From Minutocellus sp. GHC0000111 (lineage: Eukaryota): a DNA stretch of 64,000 nt. Of the stretch, positions 35,519 through 46,061 are shown piece by piece. The number at the start of each line of letters is the position of its first letter. The stretch's first letter is position 1. The notes under the pieces are model-generated. The model was not told the DNA's origin. It ran no database searches and was given only the letters and a program-made list of their open reading frames with translations. A program made the position numbers and the translations under genes. The DNA lies in the NCBI GenBank assembly GCA_977018835.1, contig OZ361260.1:1798001-1862000 (forward strand), written 5' to 3'.

Positions 35519-36891
35519 ATGGGCCGACCTGACTTCAACCCTGTTCGCGATGTCATATCCGGCATCATCATGGCCGCCACAAGCGTCCCCCAGCTGGTGG
35601 CCTACGCCGAGACGACCGGATATGCCTCCTGGAGAGGCCTTGCCACGGCCGGACCGAGTTTGTTCGCGTGGGGACTCAGCACGGGCTCTCCCTTCATGTC
35701 GTGTGGCGTGACCAGCATCACCGCCCTCATGGCCAAGACCGACCTTGACGGTGACTCCTACGTCGCCGAGAAGGGAGAGGCCGAATACGCCCGCCTCGTC
35801 GCCTCGTACAGTCTCTACGTTGGTCTGGCCTCCATCCTCCTCGGCCTCGTCGGATTTGGCAAGCTCGCGCAGAGCGTCCCGAAGAACGTCCGCTCCGGCT
35901 TCAAGTGGGGCTGCGCCGTCGGCGTCGTCGCCTCTTCGCTGGCGGTGGCAAGGAGCTCAAGGCCGCCGTCGCCGACAGCGTCGTCGGTGGTCTGGTCACG
36001 GCCGCCAAGGCCAACTTCCCCGCCGCGACGGGCTTCTGCAACGTCGTCAACCTCATTTTCGCCGTCGTCAATCCCTTCGCCTGGTCTCTCATCCCTGCGA
36101 CGCTCTTCCTGTTGTCGACCGTTTTTGTGATGAAGGCCGGCAAGTTCATGCCCTCTTTCCTCCCCCCGGGCACCGAAGTGATCATCTGCTGCGCGGTGGC
36201 CACCCTGTACAGTATGAAGACCGACTATCCCGGCGGTGTCGTCGGCGAGATCCCATCCCTCGATGCCGATGCTGGATTTGACATCTTTGGCATCATCAAG
36301 GTCCCCGTGGAGGTTTTGGACTACAAGTACCTGATGGACGCGCCCATCGTCGAGCAGTTCGGCAGTATGGCCGCTCTCATGCTCTCTGCCTCTCTCTTTG
36401 CCGCTGTCAACTTCCTCTCGATCATGGGCATTGCCTCCGGTTTCGAGGCGGAGAACGGCATCGCCTGGTCGGCACCCCGTGAGCTCATTGCGCAGGGCAT
36501 CGCCTGCATCGCCGCCGCCTTCACCGGCTCGGCCCCTGTTTCGGGATCGATGTCTCGCTCTCTCGTATCGTGCATGGTCGGCACCACCTCTCAGCTTTCC
36601 TGCCTCATCACTGCCCTCATGTGGATCTATCTGCTCCCCTACATGAGCATCATGACCCCAACGCCCAAGGCATGCCTCAGTGCCATCATTCTCAGTGCCG
36701 TGATCAAGAGTGTTGTCTACCCGAAGGATTTGATCAATGCCAAGGGTGCCGATTTCATTATCAGCTGGGGAACAGGTATTGCTACCGCTTTGACGAGCCC
36801 AACTCTGGGATTCGGTATGGGCATCATCTTGGCGGTCGTCATTGGCACCATTGCTGGAAGTGGCAAGGGTGATAAGAAGAAGACTGCATAA
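35519..36891 (+). CDS. SulP/SLC26 anion (sulfate/bicarbonate) transporter lacking STAS, frameshifted at ~35930-35934
   Basis: DVISGIIMAATSVPQLVAYA, ELIAQGIA, APVSGSMSRS and PKACLSAIIL. The two halves lie in ORFs 35519.. and 35905.. in different frames. Confidence 0.82.
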
Positions 36892-37115
36892 AGAAATAAG
36901 CTGCGTACTTCAAAAAAATAAAGCTAAATAAAGCATGCAAACCAGAATAGAAGTATCTTGGCAAAAAAACTTCCATTATTATTTATTGAAAGACAAAATG
37001 AACTGCATACTACCTAGCTAGACTACCCGTTATTGAAAAGAATACAACCGTTATATGTTATATGAAATGTTATTGATTTCTAATATCTTTACACAACAAT
37101 GGCAGATACCAAACC

Positions 37116-38039
37116 TCACGGCCTCTGCTTCTTTTCCGCGGTAATACGAACGCCACCGAGACATCCCGAATTGAATAGGTTCACAATTGATGTGTAAAAA
37201 TGAAGCAAATGTTTGTAGGGAGCCTCGCCATGTATCTTCTCAAACCTCTCTCTATTGGCCACGAATTCCTTCAGCCTTTTATTTACATACGAAGTCCATG
37301 GCGCTGTACGATCTTCAAAGGTAATGTTGTCGAATCCACACCGCTCGAGCTGCTCGATGTACTCTTGCTTCGAAGGAAGGTCAGCGCAATACACGTCATT
37401 TTGGAGTGAACGTTCCTGCTCCAAAGTGAAGGGTTTCACCATGAAGAAGTCGTCGCAAAAGAGCTTGCCACCTCCAGCCTTTAGCATTTCATTGCATTTG
37501 GTAAATAGGGAATGTTTGTCGGATATGTGCAGAAAGACCAACCAAGAAACTACTGCATCAAAGCTTCCAGGACCAGCTCCAATTGCAGACAGATTGCAAT
37601 TCAGGATATCGCCATGGACATGGCTCACGAGGTCATCAAACTGGCACCTCTTTGTCAGTGATGTCGCCATCTTGTGAATATCTTGCTGCAGTTCCATCGC
37701 CACCACATTGCACTTGGCTTCGGCTGCCAATACTCGGGCGGGCCCTCCAAATCCGCTGCCAATGTCCAGCACGCGACTGGTAGATGACAAATTCAGCGCC
37801 TTGATCGCCGCCCGAATGGCATCGTCTCCCTCATAGTGCATGGAATCGATGCTGGAAAGAACATGTGGGTCAACCGCATCATCACAACCTATCCCACGCG
37901 CTCGTAATTCATTCTCGATCCGAACAATATCGTTGTACAATTCCATCGTCTTGATGTCATCCTCTGCGTCGTTGCTGGGTGCCGTCGCTTCACGCGTGGC
38001 GAGGACATCGGCAGCGGAGATCTCATTGTTGCCATTCAT
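37116..38039 (-). CDS. class I SAM-dependent methyltransferase (sarcosine/dimethylglycine N-methyltransferase-like)
   Basis: VLDIGSGFGGPAR motif I, SFDAVVSWLVFLHI and LKAGGGKLFCDD. Confidence 0.85.
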   Translation of the reverse strand: MNGNNEISAADVLATREATAPSNDAEDDIKTMELYNDIVRIENELRARGIGCDDAVDPHVLSSIDSMHYEGDDAIRAAIKALNLSSTSRVLDIGSGFGGPARVLAAEAKCNVVAMELQQDIHKMATSLTKRCQFDDLVSHVHGDILNCNLSAIGAGPGSFDAVVSWLVFLHISDKHSLFTKCNEMLKAGGGKLFCDDFFMVKPFTLEQERSLQNDVYCADLPSKQEYIEQLERCGFDNITFEDRTAPWTSYVNKRLKEFVANRERFEKIHGEAPYKHLLHFYTSIVNLFNSGCLGGVRITAEKKQRP

Positions 38040-38362
38040 GCTTGTATCAGGATTTTATTTGCACAGAGCAGGGATCGGGAGCGGTACAGCCCTTTGGACT
38101 GGTCGCCTCTTCGACTCTCTCATCTTTCGCACAAACAAACCACACGCACTCAGCAGCGGACGAGCGTCTCATCATGACTCACTCGACTCAAATCATTCGA
38201 CTCGACTCACTCGACTCATGATCTCATGCGAGATGGCCTGCCAGGAGAATGAATCTGCAAATCGAACAATGAATTCCCTATTTCCAAAATACAGAAAGGC
38301 ATTTAGGAATTCCTAGCTAGCTAGCTAATAAAGATCTAGGAAAGATTTCGAGGACATGTTCG

Positions 38363-40040
38363 TCATAACCGTGCTTCACAGAAGTACTTTCCATCCTCAT
38401 CTGGAATCGACAGCATCAATCCAACTGATGCCCACCCAGCGATGGTAAAAACCGATAAAAGATAGGAAGATGTAAACAGCTTGGACACCACTGATGCCGA
38501 CTCTGTCATTCCCTCAGATTTGAGGGATAATACAACGAGCATTGCGGGTGGTATTGATGAGTTCATAAGAACAACCAATTTTGACAAGTGAGGGACTGTG
38601 TCGAAGAGTGACGTGCCGCAATCCAAACCAATGAGGATGCCGCAAACGATTGCCGGAGTAATGATGAGGCGTGTAATGTTGAACCAAAAGTGCATCTTGA
38701 ATGTTGGGCTTCTCATTACAACCAGAGACCGAGAACCAAGACGGATTGACGCCCGTCGCATTCTTGCCAAGCTAGATCTCCGCCGCTGTTGCTCATCAGA
38801 TGCCCGCTCTTCCTCTCTTTCTACATCTATATCCGCATAATTCGGATCATAGACGGCATTGGCCCCAACGTCTTGTTTGAGCCAAGAGAGAGGCCAAAGC
38901 GATGCCCATTTTCTCTTCTTCTTGTCTTCATCTTCATCGGAGGAATCTCCACTGGTATCATTCACTACGATTGGATCGGGAGGCACAAAAAGAGATGCTG
39001 CCATTATCATTGTCGCCACACTCGGCAACGCAGCTGCTAGACTTTCAATGGCTGATCCGGCAAAGCGCAATGCACCGCCAGGAGCAAATAGCGCGGCCTG
39101 CAATGGGGCAATCAATGCAGTGATCAGCCCGGCCCAAAGCGCAAGGCTACCGGGATTTAATGGAGCGCTTCAAAGCAACCAAAAACGTTTTGGCGGCATT
39201 TTTCGTGTTTTCTGCCGTATTCTCCAATTTGACGTGCTTTGTGTGTTCATCTGTCAATCCCAATCCATCTGGGGGCTCATTGGAAAAGTCCGCTGGTTCA
39301 TCAGATTCAATATCGAAGCTCGGATCATCAATCGGCGGACTATTACTTCGCATCGTCTCTTCAATGTCCTCATCATTACCAGCGACAGAGCCATCAGCAG
39401 CACAATTCTGAGCTCCACGCCTGGTAGCTTCCTCCTCTTGCCTCTTTCTTTTGCCAGCACTTATCTATGCTTGATTCCCAAGCAAGAAGAACATAAACAA
39501 CCACGCGAAAAAATAGGAAAATGTGATGGCATTCATCGTATTGGCACATTCCGTAATCGGATTCCGGGTCAATTCATCTTGATCGCCATCCTTGGGCACG
39601 AACACTTTCCATAAAATTTCATACTCGCATAGGCTTGGAAAGACCAAGACAGGTATCGCCACGACGTTTGGGAAGCTGCATGCTATTCGCAATGCATCGA
39701 AATCGACTCGATGCTCCACACGAAAGAAGGGGAGACGCTCGGTCATGGTGGCTATGACGAACGACAGGGCGATGACGACCATGCCAGCGAGCGGTACGAA
39801 CCACAGGGAGCCTATGACATCGATGGACAACGTCGAACCTATGGAGCTGTACACCAATGGAATGTTGAGAACCGTGAAGGCAAATCGACTCAAGACATTG
39901 AAGGATGCTGGCGGTATCAGAGGATTGTTGCGAGGATGCTTGACCGCAAACAACCCCACGATTGCAATTTGAAAAACCTTGGCGACCGAGGAGGCGCTCG
40001 CAATGAGGACGGACCACTGCGCTGGTCATATCTTTGTCAT
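38363..40040 (-). pseudogene. auxin efflux carrier / PILS-like (Mem_trans) transporter with two nonsense codons and a frameshift
   Basis: MTKI*PAQWSVLIASASSVAKVF..., IACSFPNVVAIP, RLIITPAIV and SSIPPAM. TGA at 40028-40026, TAG at 39467-39465, frameshift near 39150-39160. Confidence 0.8.
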
Positions 40041-40232
40041 GACTGTTTTGGTGTGGCTGTTAGAATCCTTCTAAAGTAAAAAATTGAATTGAATTGAACT
40101 GTTTTGGTGTGGCTGTGGCTGTGGGTGGTGCGGTGGTGGTGAGCCTCGCTGAGTCGAGTCAGCTTCGGCGAAGTTACATCGCCGCTTTTCGGCTCGGCTT
40201 GCATGCTGCTGGCTTTTTTCCTCATTTAGTCC

Positions 40233-40312
40233 TCCTCACCTTCAGTCAGAGCCTTGCTTCCTTCTTCCTCCGTCCTCTTCCTCACCTTCAGTCAGAGCCT
40301 TGCTTCCTTCTT
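40233..40312. repeat. 34-bp direct repeat with 46-bp period
   Basis: TCCTCACCTTCAGTCAGAGCCTTGCTTCCTTCTT occurs at 40233-40266 and 40279-40312. Confidence 0.93.
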
Positions 40313-40395
40313 TCATCGCTTCTGGCTTCTTGTTTTCTTCACCTGGACCACCCCAAGCAGTTCCCTGCCCAGTACACCAATACCATTGGCAACAC

Positions 40396-41868
40396 ATGCG
40401 CTGCTCTGCGATACCGTCCCTCGTCATCTCCTTCCTAGTCGTCACGGATGAGCGCCTGTGTAAAAACTATGTCAAGGTACACGCCCAGACGGTTCCCAGC
40501 ACGGGCGCGGCATCCGCCGCTGGAATGGAATTCATCGGACCATCGGTATGCTCATCCGACGGCACCACCATTGGCTACGGCAATACCACCACATTATTTT
40601 TCGATTCGTTGCTGACAACGACGGAGATATTGGAAGGCAAGGCAGCACCCGAACCAACCTACGAATTTGTCCTGTGTCCTTCCACGACGTTCGATCTCGG
40701 ATTGGAGCTCGAGTTCAATGATCCGAATGCAAGGCAGAACATGGTGGGCCTGATCCCCCTGTTGGACAACAGCCACTACAAGTGTGGTGACGATGGTGCC
40801 CTTTCGAATCGATGCATCCTCAGTGGTGGCTGGTATCACATTTTGTTTGAAGATGACATTCCCTTGGTCAACATCACCTTCTCAGGGATCACCTTTGAGA
40901 AGAGTCTGGATTCCTCCGTCATGGCATACGGGCAACCAGGCAACGATGCAGTTTTCATCAATTGTCGATGGAAGAACAACAAGCAGGGTTCGTTTTTGAT
41001 TGATAACTTTTGGCACTTGTATCTGCAGGGGGGTATTATCGAGCCAGGTGGAACTAGATTGGGCGGAGGAGGTAGAAGGCAGAAGTACAGACGAAGAGAA
41101 ATGGAACGAGAATTGGACTTCGATGCTTGGGATGTCCATTCTCTTCTCACACGCAGAAAAAAGAGCCGAGAATTGAGAAACGAGCGACATCGACACTTAC
41201 AAATCGTGGGAGGAGACTATCCAAGCATGTACCTGGGATTTGCAGGATGTCACTTTATCGAAAACGAACTCGGTGTTGCCCTCATTTCCAACGATGGAGG
41301 TTTCCTGGACCTAACCAAATGTCGATTCGAGAACAACAAGGCTGCCGTGATCATTGCAAATGTACTCAGCGCGCGATTAGCCATGTACGGCGCCACAACC
41401 TTTAGGAATAACGACGACATGATCGGGCCTGTATTTTTGGATTCCACTTCGACTCTTCTGTTTCACGAAAAGACCATGGGAGAGAATAATATTGGCCCAA
41501 GTAACGTAGTTCAATGCGAAGGAATATTCATGGAAGCTCCAGGTGCGGACTGTCTCAATAATCCTGAAGAATGCTATGGTTCATGCTGTGAGTGGGGCGA
41601 CTCAAGATGTGATTTGGTTGAAGAAGATCCAACAGCACCATCACCATCGCCAGGTGGAGGAGTCATCCCAACTCGGGGGACGGTGAGACCATCGGCACCG
41701 CCCGAAGATGGATGCAACGCTACATGCAAGACTTTTGCTGTAATATTACCGCTGTTGGGACTGGCCACTGTTGTTGCTTCCATTATGTACTTGCGCAAGC
41801 AGCGGAGACTCGGTGAAGAGGAAGAAGATGATCAATCGATGCAACCTGCAGATCACGATATGTCGTAA
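40396..41868 (+). CDS. type I membrane protein with Cys-rich, probable beta-helix ectodomain (diatom-type)
   Basis: Signal-like N-terminus ending VHA|Q, CPSTTF…CGDDG..SNRC.LSGG, repeated (C)xFxxN units, and C-terminal TM FAVILPLLGLATVVASIMYL followed by RKQRR. Confidence 0.7.
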   Translation: MRCSAIPSLVISFLVVTDERLCKNYVKVHAQTVPSTGAASAAGMEFIGPSVCSSDGTTIGYGNTTTLFFDSLLTTTEILEGKAAPEPTYEFVLCPSTTFDLGLELEFNDPNARQNMVGLIPLLDNSHYKCGDDGALSNRCILSGGWYHILFEDDIPLVNITFSGITFEKSLDSSVMAYGQPGNDAVFINCRWKNNKQGSFLIDNFWHLYLQGGIIEPGGTRLGGGGRRQKYRRREMERELDFDAWDVHSLLTRRKKSRELRNERHRHLQIVGGDYPSMYLGFAGCHFIENELGVALISNDGGFLDLTKCRFENNKAAVIIANVLSARLAMYGATTFRNNDDMIGPVFLDSTSTLLFHEKTMGENNIGPSNVVQCEGIFMEAPGADCLNNPEECYGSCCEWGDSRCDLVEEDPTAPSPSPGGGVIPTRGTVRPSAPPEDGCNATCKTFAVILPLLGLATVVASIMYLRKQRRLGEEEEDDQSMQPADHDMS

Positions 41869-42000
41869 ACCAATTACATGTATGAAATGAACAATTTATT
41901 TCTGGTACGCGTAGTAAGATATAGTTGTGCAATTGCAAAAGTTTATCATTTCTAATGCACGTACTATTGTACTACCGGTCATTGATATTAGCGTGCTTGC

Positions 42001-42903
42001 TTAGAGAGGCTTGCCATCGGCACCAAGAAGACCACTGCCACCACTGCTATCGTCGTTCTTCTTGAGCTTCTTACCATCGACGCCGACCAACGTTGGGCTG
42101 CCGCCGATACCGGCAGTCAAAACCTCTTCCAATCGAATCTTGAAGAAGAGTGTTGCGCCTCCAGGAATAGATCCGTCGGGCGAGCCCTGTTCTCCGTATC
42201 CCTGTTCCGGAGGAATGCCTACCATCGCGGTTTCTCCCTCGTGCATCTTCAACAGAGCCTGTTGCCAGCCTGGAATGACTTGGCCAACGGCAAACGTAAC
42301 AGGATCACTACCCAAGGTTGAATCGAAGACGGTGCCATCGGGCAAGGTTCCATGATAAGAAACCTTTACACTGGACGCCTTGGTGGGGCGAGTTCCATGA
42401 CCTTGTCCTTCAGGTCCAAAATCCACCACGTGCAACAGAACGCCGGTATCGAGCTTCTCCACGCCCTCGGTCTTCTCCATGTCGGCCAACATTTCCTTGC
42501 CCGCCGCCACGAGCCGATCCCGAATCTTCATCGCGCGGTCCGTCACGAGTTCGTTCAGATCCTTTTGACGGCTCTTGAGAAGCACTGCTTGTCCCTGCTC
42601 ATCCAAACGACCAATCACCGTGTCGAGCAAGCCCTTCGCAACGAGCGTCAGTTCGTTGCTACTTTCCACCAGTGGTCGAACGTCGCCAATTTGGCGGGCG
42701 AGGTTGACGCCGAGGGCATACATCAATTCCTCGTGCGTACCAGGCTCCGTGGGTGGCTTGCTGATGCTGGGTTCCTTTGGTCGCTCATCGGCGCTTTCCT
42801 CTGCAAAAAGGGGAGCATGTGCTCGGATCTGTTCAAGAGGAGCGGGGACGAACGCAGTCGCCGCTGAGCAAGAGAGAGCGAGGAGGCAAAGGGTTGATCT
42901 CAT
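42001..42903 (-). CDS. plastid FKBP-type peptidyl-prolyl isomerase (Mip/FkpA-like)
   Basis: MRSTLCLLALSCSAATA-FV presequence, YALG, VKVSYHGTLPDGTVFDS, VIPGW, IPPEQGYG and IPGGATLFF. Confidence 0.93.
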   Translation of the reverse strand: MRSTLCLLALSCSAATAFVPAPLEQIRAHAPLFAEESADERPKEPSISKPPTEPGTHEELMYALGVNLARQIGDVRPLVESSNELTLVAKGLLDTVIGRLDEQGQAVLLKSRQKDLNELVTDRAMKIRDRLVAAGKEMLADMEKTEGVEKLDTGVLLHVVDFGPEGQGHGTRPTKASSVKVSYHGTLPDGTVFDSTLGSDPVTFAVGQVIPGWQQALLKMHEGETAMVGIPPEQGYGEQGSPDGSIPGGATLFFKIRLEEVLTAGIGGSPTLVGVDGKKLKKNDDSSGGSGLLGADGKPL

Positions 42904-43313
42904 GGTTGCTTCAATAGTTGCGGTGACGAAGTGACGAACGAAGCGAACAAACGCATTATGTTCCACGTGGAGCACCCAGGGCCGCTCAAGTTGAAAGTCT
43001 GTCTGCCCCACGCCCCTCTTCATCTCTTCATCACAACGCCCAACCTTTCGTGTTGTTCTGTTATTGTTGTTGTTGCCGAGAGAGAAGGGAAAGGCAGCAC
43101 CACTGCTCGCATCCCTCTGTCCTCTCGACATACTGAAATACGATCGCATCTTGTGATACTTTCAAAAGATAGTCGATATTATTCTTGTATTTGTTTTATC
43201 TACTTTGAGCTGTTCTAATGTTCAGCATACACGTAGGCATCAACACAGCCACCGGTACTAGAAGTATTGCTACGACCCACCGACGAAGACGTAGACGACC
43301 AGCGTCGTCAGCG

Positions 43314-44975
43314 ATGCCATCGGTACCAGTTGTTGCCACGACGAGCCTTGTGCTGGTCTTAGCTGCAATGCACCATGGTGCTCATGGGTTTGCTCCGCCG
43401 TCTTTGGGACTGCAGGCGCCAAGTACTCGTAGTGCGATGCATGATGAAAATGTAAATAAGCTTGCCTCGTTGTCTTCGTCATCCCTGCTCATGGCTCGGA
43501 GAGGTGGTGGAGGCGGCGGAAGACGGGGTGGTGGCGGTGGAGGTCCCGGCGGGCCAGGCGGCAAAAAGAAAAAGAAGAAGGAACGAGCGGGCGCCGGTCC
43601 TGGTGGAAAGCATCGCAAGACGACCAAGCGCGATAGGCTGTCCAAGAAGCGCTCTCAGGAGGCATCTCCGTCGTCGTCATCATCGGCATCGTCTTCCACA
43701 TCTGGAGCAGCACCAGCTCACGGTGGTGTGGCCCTTCCCAGCTCCAATACACGAGGTCGACCGCCATGGCAGGTCATGTCGACCAAGGACTCGAAGAAGC
43801 ATGTGCAGTCCGAATTGGAAAGGAGAGAACGGATCAAGATGGGACTGGAAAGTCCAACAGACAGCAAGGTTGACAAGACCAGTAGAGCTGATGTGTCCAG
43901 GTCCAATGCGTTGCTATCCGAATCGGATCGGTCCCTTCTCTCTTGGAGGAGATTCAACCCAGATCAGACAGGTGGGATGAAATATATCGGATCGTACCTT
44001 GGGAAGCAACTACCCCCGCCCTTGGGCGTTCCAGAGGTGGCGTTCCTGGGACGGAGTAATGTTGGCAAGTCAAGTCTTCTCAATCGATTGACTGAGGGAG
44101 TCGTACAAAAGAGTGGGCCCGCCGATCAAGCCAGAGTAGGAAAGACTCCCGGTGCGACTGCTGCAGTGAATCTTTATGCGATATTGGGAAAGCCAAAGGG
44201 CACGGGTAGTGCAAGGAAGTTGACGGCGGCTGCCGCTGCAATGGCGGCAAAGCCAGTGTTAGGTTTAGCCGATTTGCCTGGTTTTGGTTATGCCAAGTTA
44301 TCCAAGGACACGAAAGCTGATGTTGAAGCGGCGGCTGAGAAGTATCTCGGTAGCAGAAGAGAGCTCGCCCTCGGTGTCCTACTTGTGGATGCTCGGCGAA
44401 AGCCATCGGCAGATGATCGAGCTGTTCTGGCAGCATTGTATGATATGGGTGTACCGATCGTCGTCGCGGCGACCAAGGTCGATAAGCTGGGAGTAAATGC
44501 TCTTGGTCCTGCCCTTGAAGAATTGAGAGATGGACTTGGTCTGCCAGAGGGCCAGCCACTTTGCATATCGTCTGTTACTGGAGAAGGTACGAAGGATATG
44601 TGGCGAATTCTTCTGGATGCATGTGAAACCAGAGTCGAGGAACTCAAGAAAAAGGCAGAGGGCAAGGCCGCTTCCGATGACGAGAACGATGATGACGAGG
44701 AATACTTTCAGGATTCCGATGATCTCGAATATAGCCAAGGATATGACTGGATCCAGAGTTTTGAAGAAGATGGCGAGTACTATGCTGATGATTATGACGA
44801 TGCATGGGATGGCGCTGATGGAGATGAAGAAGACGATAGCGACGATGATCTTCAATCTGAATCTCGTTGGAAGATGAAGATGAATGAAGAGCGACAGGCG
44901 GCCGACAACGAAGCGCTCAAGCTCCGAAATCTCAAGAAGGCAGCCCGTCGATTGGAGAGGAAGGGAGAAGTGTAA
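43314..44975 (+). CDS. engB: plastid EngB/YihA(YsxC) ribosome-biogenesis GTPase
   Basis: Presequence …GAHG-FA. G1 PEVAFLGRSNVGKSSLLN, G2 KTPGAT, G3 DLPGFG and G4 TKVD. Confidence 0.92.
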   Translation: MPSVPVVATTSLVLVLAAMHHGAHGFAPPSLGLQAPSTRSAMHDENVNKLASLSSSSLLMARRGGGGGGRRGGGGGGPGGPGGKKKKKKERAGAGPGGKHRKTTKRDRLSKKRSQEASPSSSSSASSSTSGAAPAHGGVALPSSNTRGRPPWQVMSTKDSKKHVQSELERRERIKMGLESPTDSKVDKTSRADVSRSNALLSESDRSLLSWRRFNPDQTGGMKYIGSYLGKQLPPPLGVPEVAFLGRSNVGKSSLLNRLTEGVVQKSGPADQARVGKTPGATAAVNLYAILGKPKGTGSARKLTAAAAAMAAKPVLGLADLPGFGYAKLSKDTKADVEAAAEKYLGSRRELALGVLLVDARRKPSADDRAVLAALYDMGVPIVVAATKVDKLGVNALGPALEELRDGLGLPEGQPLCISSVTGEGTKDMWRILLDACETRVEELKKKAEGKAASDDENDDDEEYFQDSDDLEYSQGYDWIQSFEEDGEYYADDYDDAWDGADGDEEDDSDDDLQSESRWKMKMNEERQAADNEALKLRNLKKAARRLERKGEV

Positions 44976-45077
44976 ACATTGAGTATAAATCACTACCAAG
45001 ATTAATATAGATGTACATGTAGTTGCAATGTAAATTAAAGTTCTAAAGACACCATTTGAACCACGCAAGTAGCTCAA

Positions 45078-45659
45078 TCATGCTAATGTCAAACTCAAGA
45101 TCAAAAGAATAATTGCCGTAGGGATAAATTGATGGAGGAATCCTCCGACGGAAAGAAATCTTCCCTTGAAGAAAACTAGGAAACACAATTTCACCATGTC
45201 CCACGAGCTGATTCCATACGCTCGAAAATTCATTCCATTCAATGCATATGCCACATGCGAGTGACAATTGTCACAGCATATGTTGTGCATCCGTCGCCGA
45301 TACTCCTCGTTGGCAAGTTGGATCGCCTCGTCCCACTTTTGCCTCTTGGCAGAATAATCACCACCAGGAACAAGAGACGATATGTCCAGACGGAGAGCCC
45401 GCGTCGGTTTGCCAAACGCCATCCTCCCCCGATCACCGACGCTGTAGGGCCCCTGAAAGTCGGAAGCGATACCTTCGGAGTCAGCGATCCCCATGTGACC
45501 AATAAATGGCAAAATGTAGGTGATGGGAGGAAGCGGTGACCAGAGAATGCAGAAACTGAGGTCGTTTGGCCTTTGGGCGGCGGCGGAGGTGGTGGTGGTG
45601 GTACTACCAACGCCTCCACCGCTGGAGGCAGATTCAACCCCCATGTGAGTCGAAGTCAT
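45078..45659 (-). CDS. RTE1/TMEM222 (DUF778) membrane protein
   Basis: CILWSPLPPIT..LPFIGHMGI, DFQGPY, MAFGKPTR and HNICCDNCHSHVA. Confidence 0.92.
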   Translation of the reverse strand: MTSTHMGVESASSGGGVGSTTTTTSAAAQRPNDLSFCILWSPLPPITYILPFIGHMGIADSEGIASDFQGPYSVGDRGRMAFGKPTRALRLDISSLVPGGDYSAKRQKWDEAIQLANEEYRRRMHNICCDNCHSHVAYALNGMNFRAYGISSWDMVKLCFLVFFKGRFLSVGGFLHQFIPTAIILLILSLTLA

Positions 45660-46061
45660 ATGGTTCAAGTGAGCAAGTGAGAGAGTAGTATGAGAGGTTG
45701 CACTGCCCCACTGGCGTACCTAGGTACCTGCGTGCCGGCCATGGTGTGGAACCAACGATCGATCTGATCCCGTAAAAATCGAAAATCCCGTGATCCCGTG
45801 CCATGTTGTCGCAAGCACCATGGGCTGGTCATTTTTTTGGGTTTGGCGTTAGCTCCACGTACCGTTGCAGCCCAAACATCATTGCATCGTACCCAAACGA
45901 TTGCATTTGGACTAATTCACTGTGTGAAGATCTCGCCGTGAGCCCCTGGAAGCCGCAAATTAAGTCGCCAATAAGTACAAGCCAACGCAAAAACACATCA
46001 CGTGCTGCTTCACCACTGTGCAACTGTGGGAAGCAACGGCAAATAAGTAATATCGTGCCCG

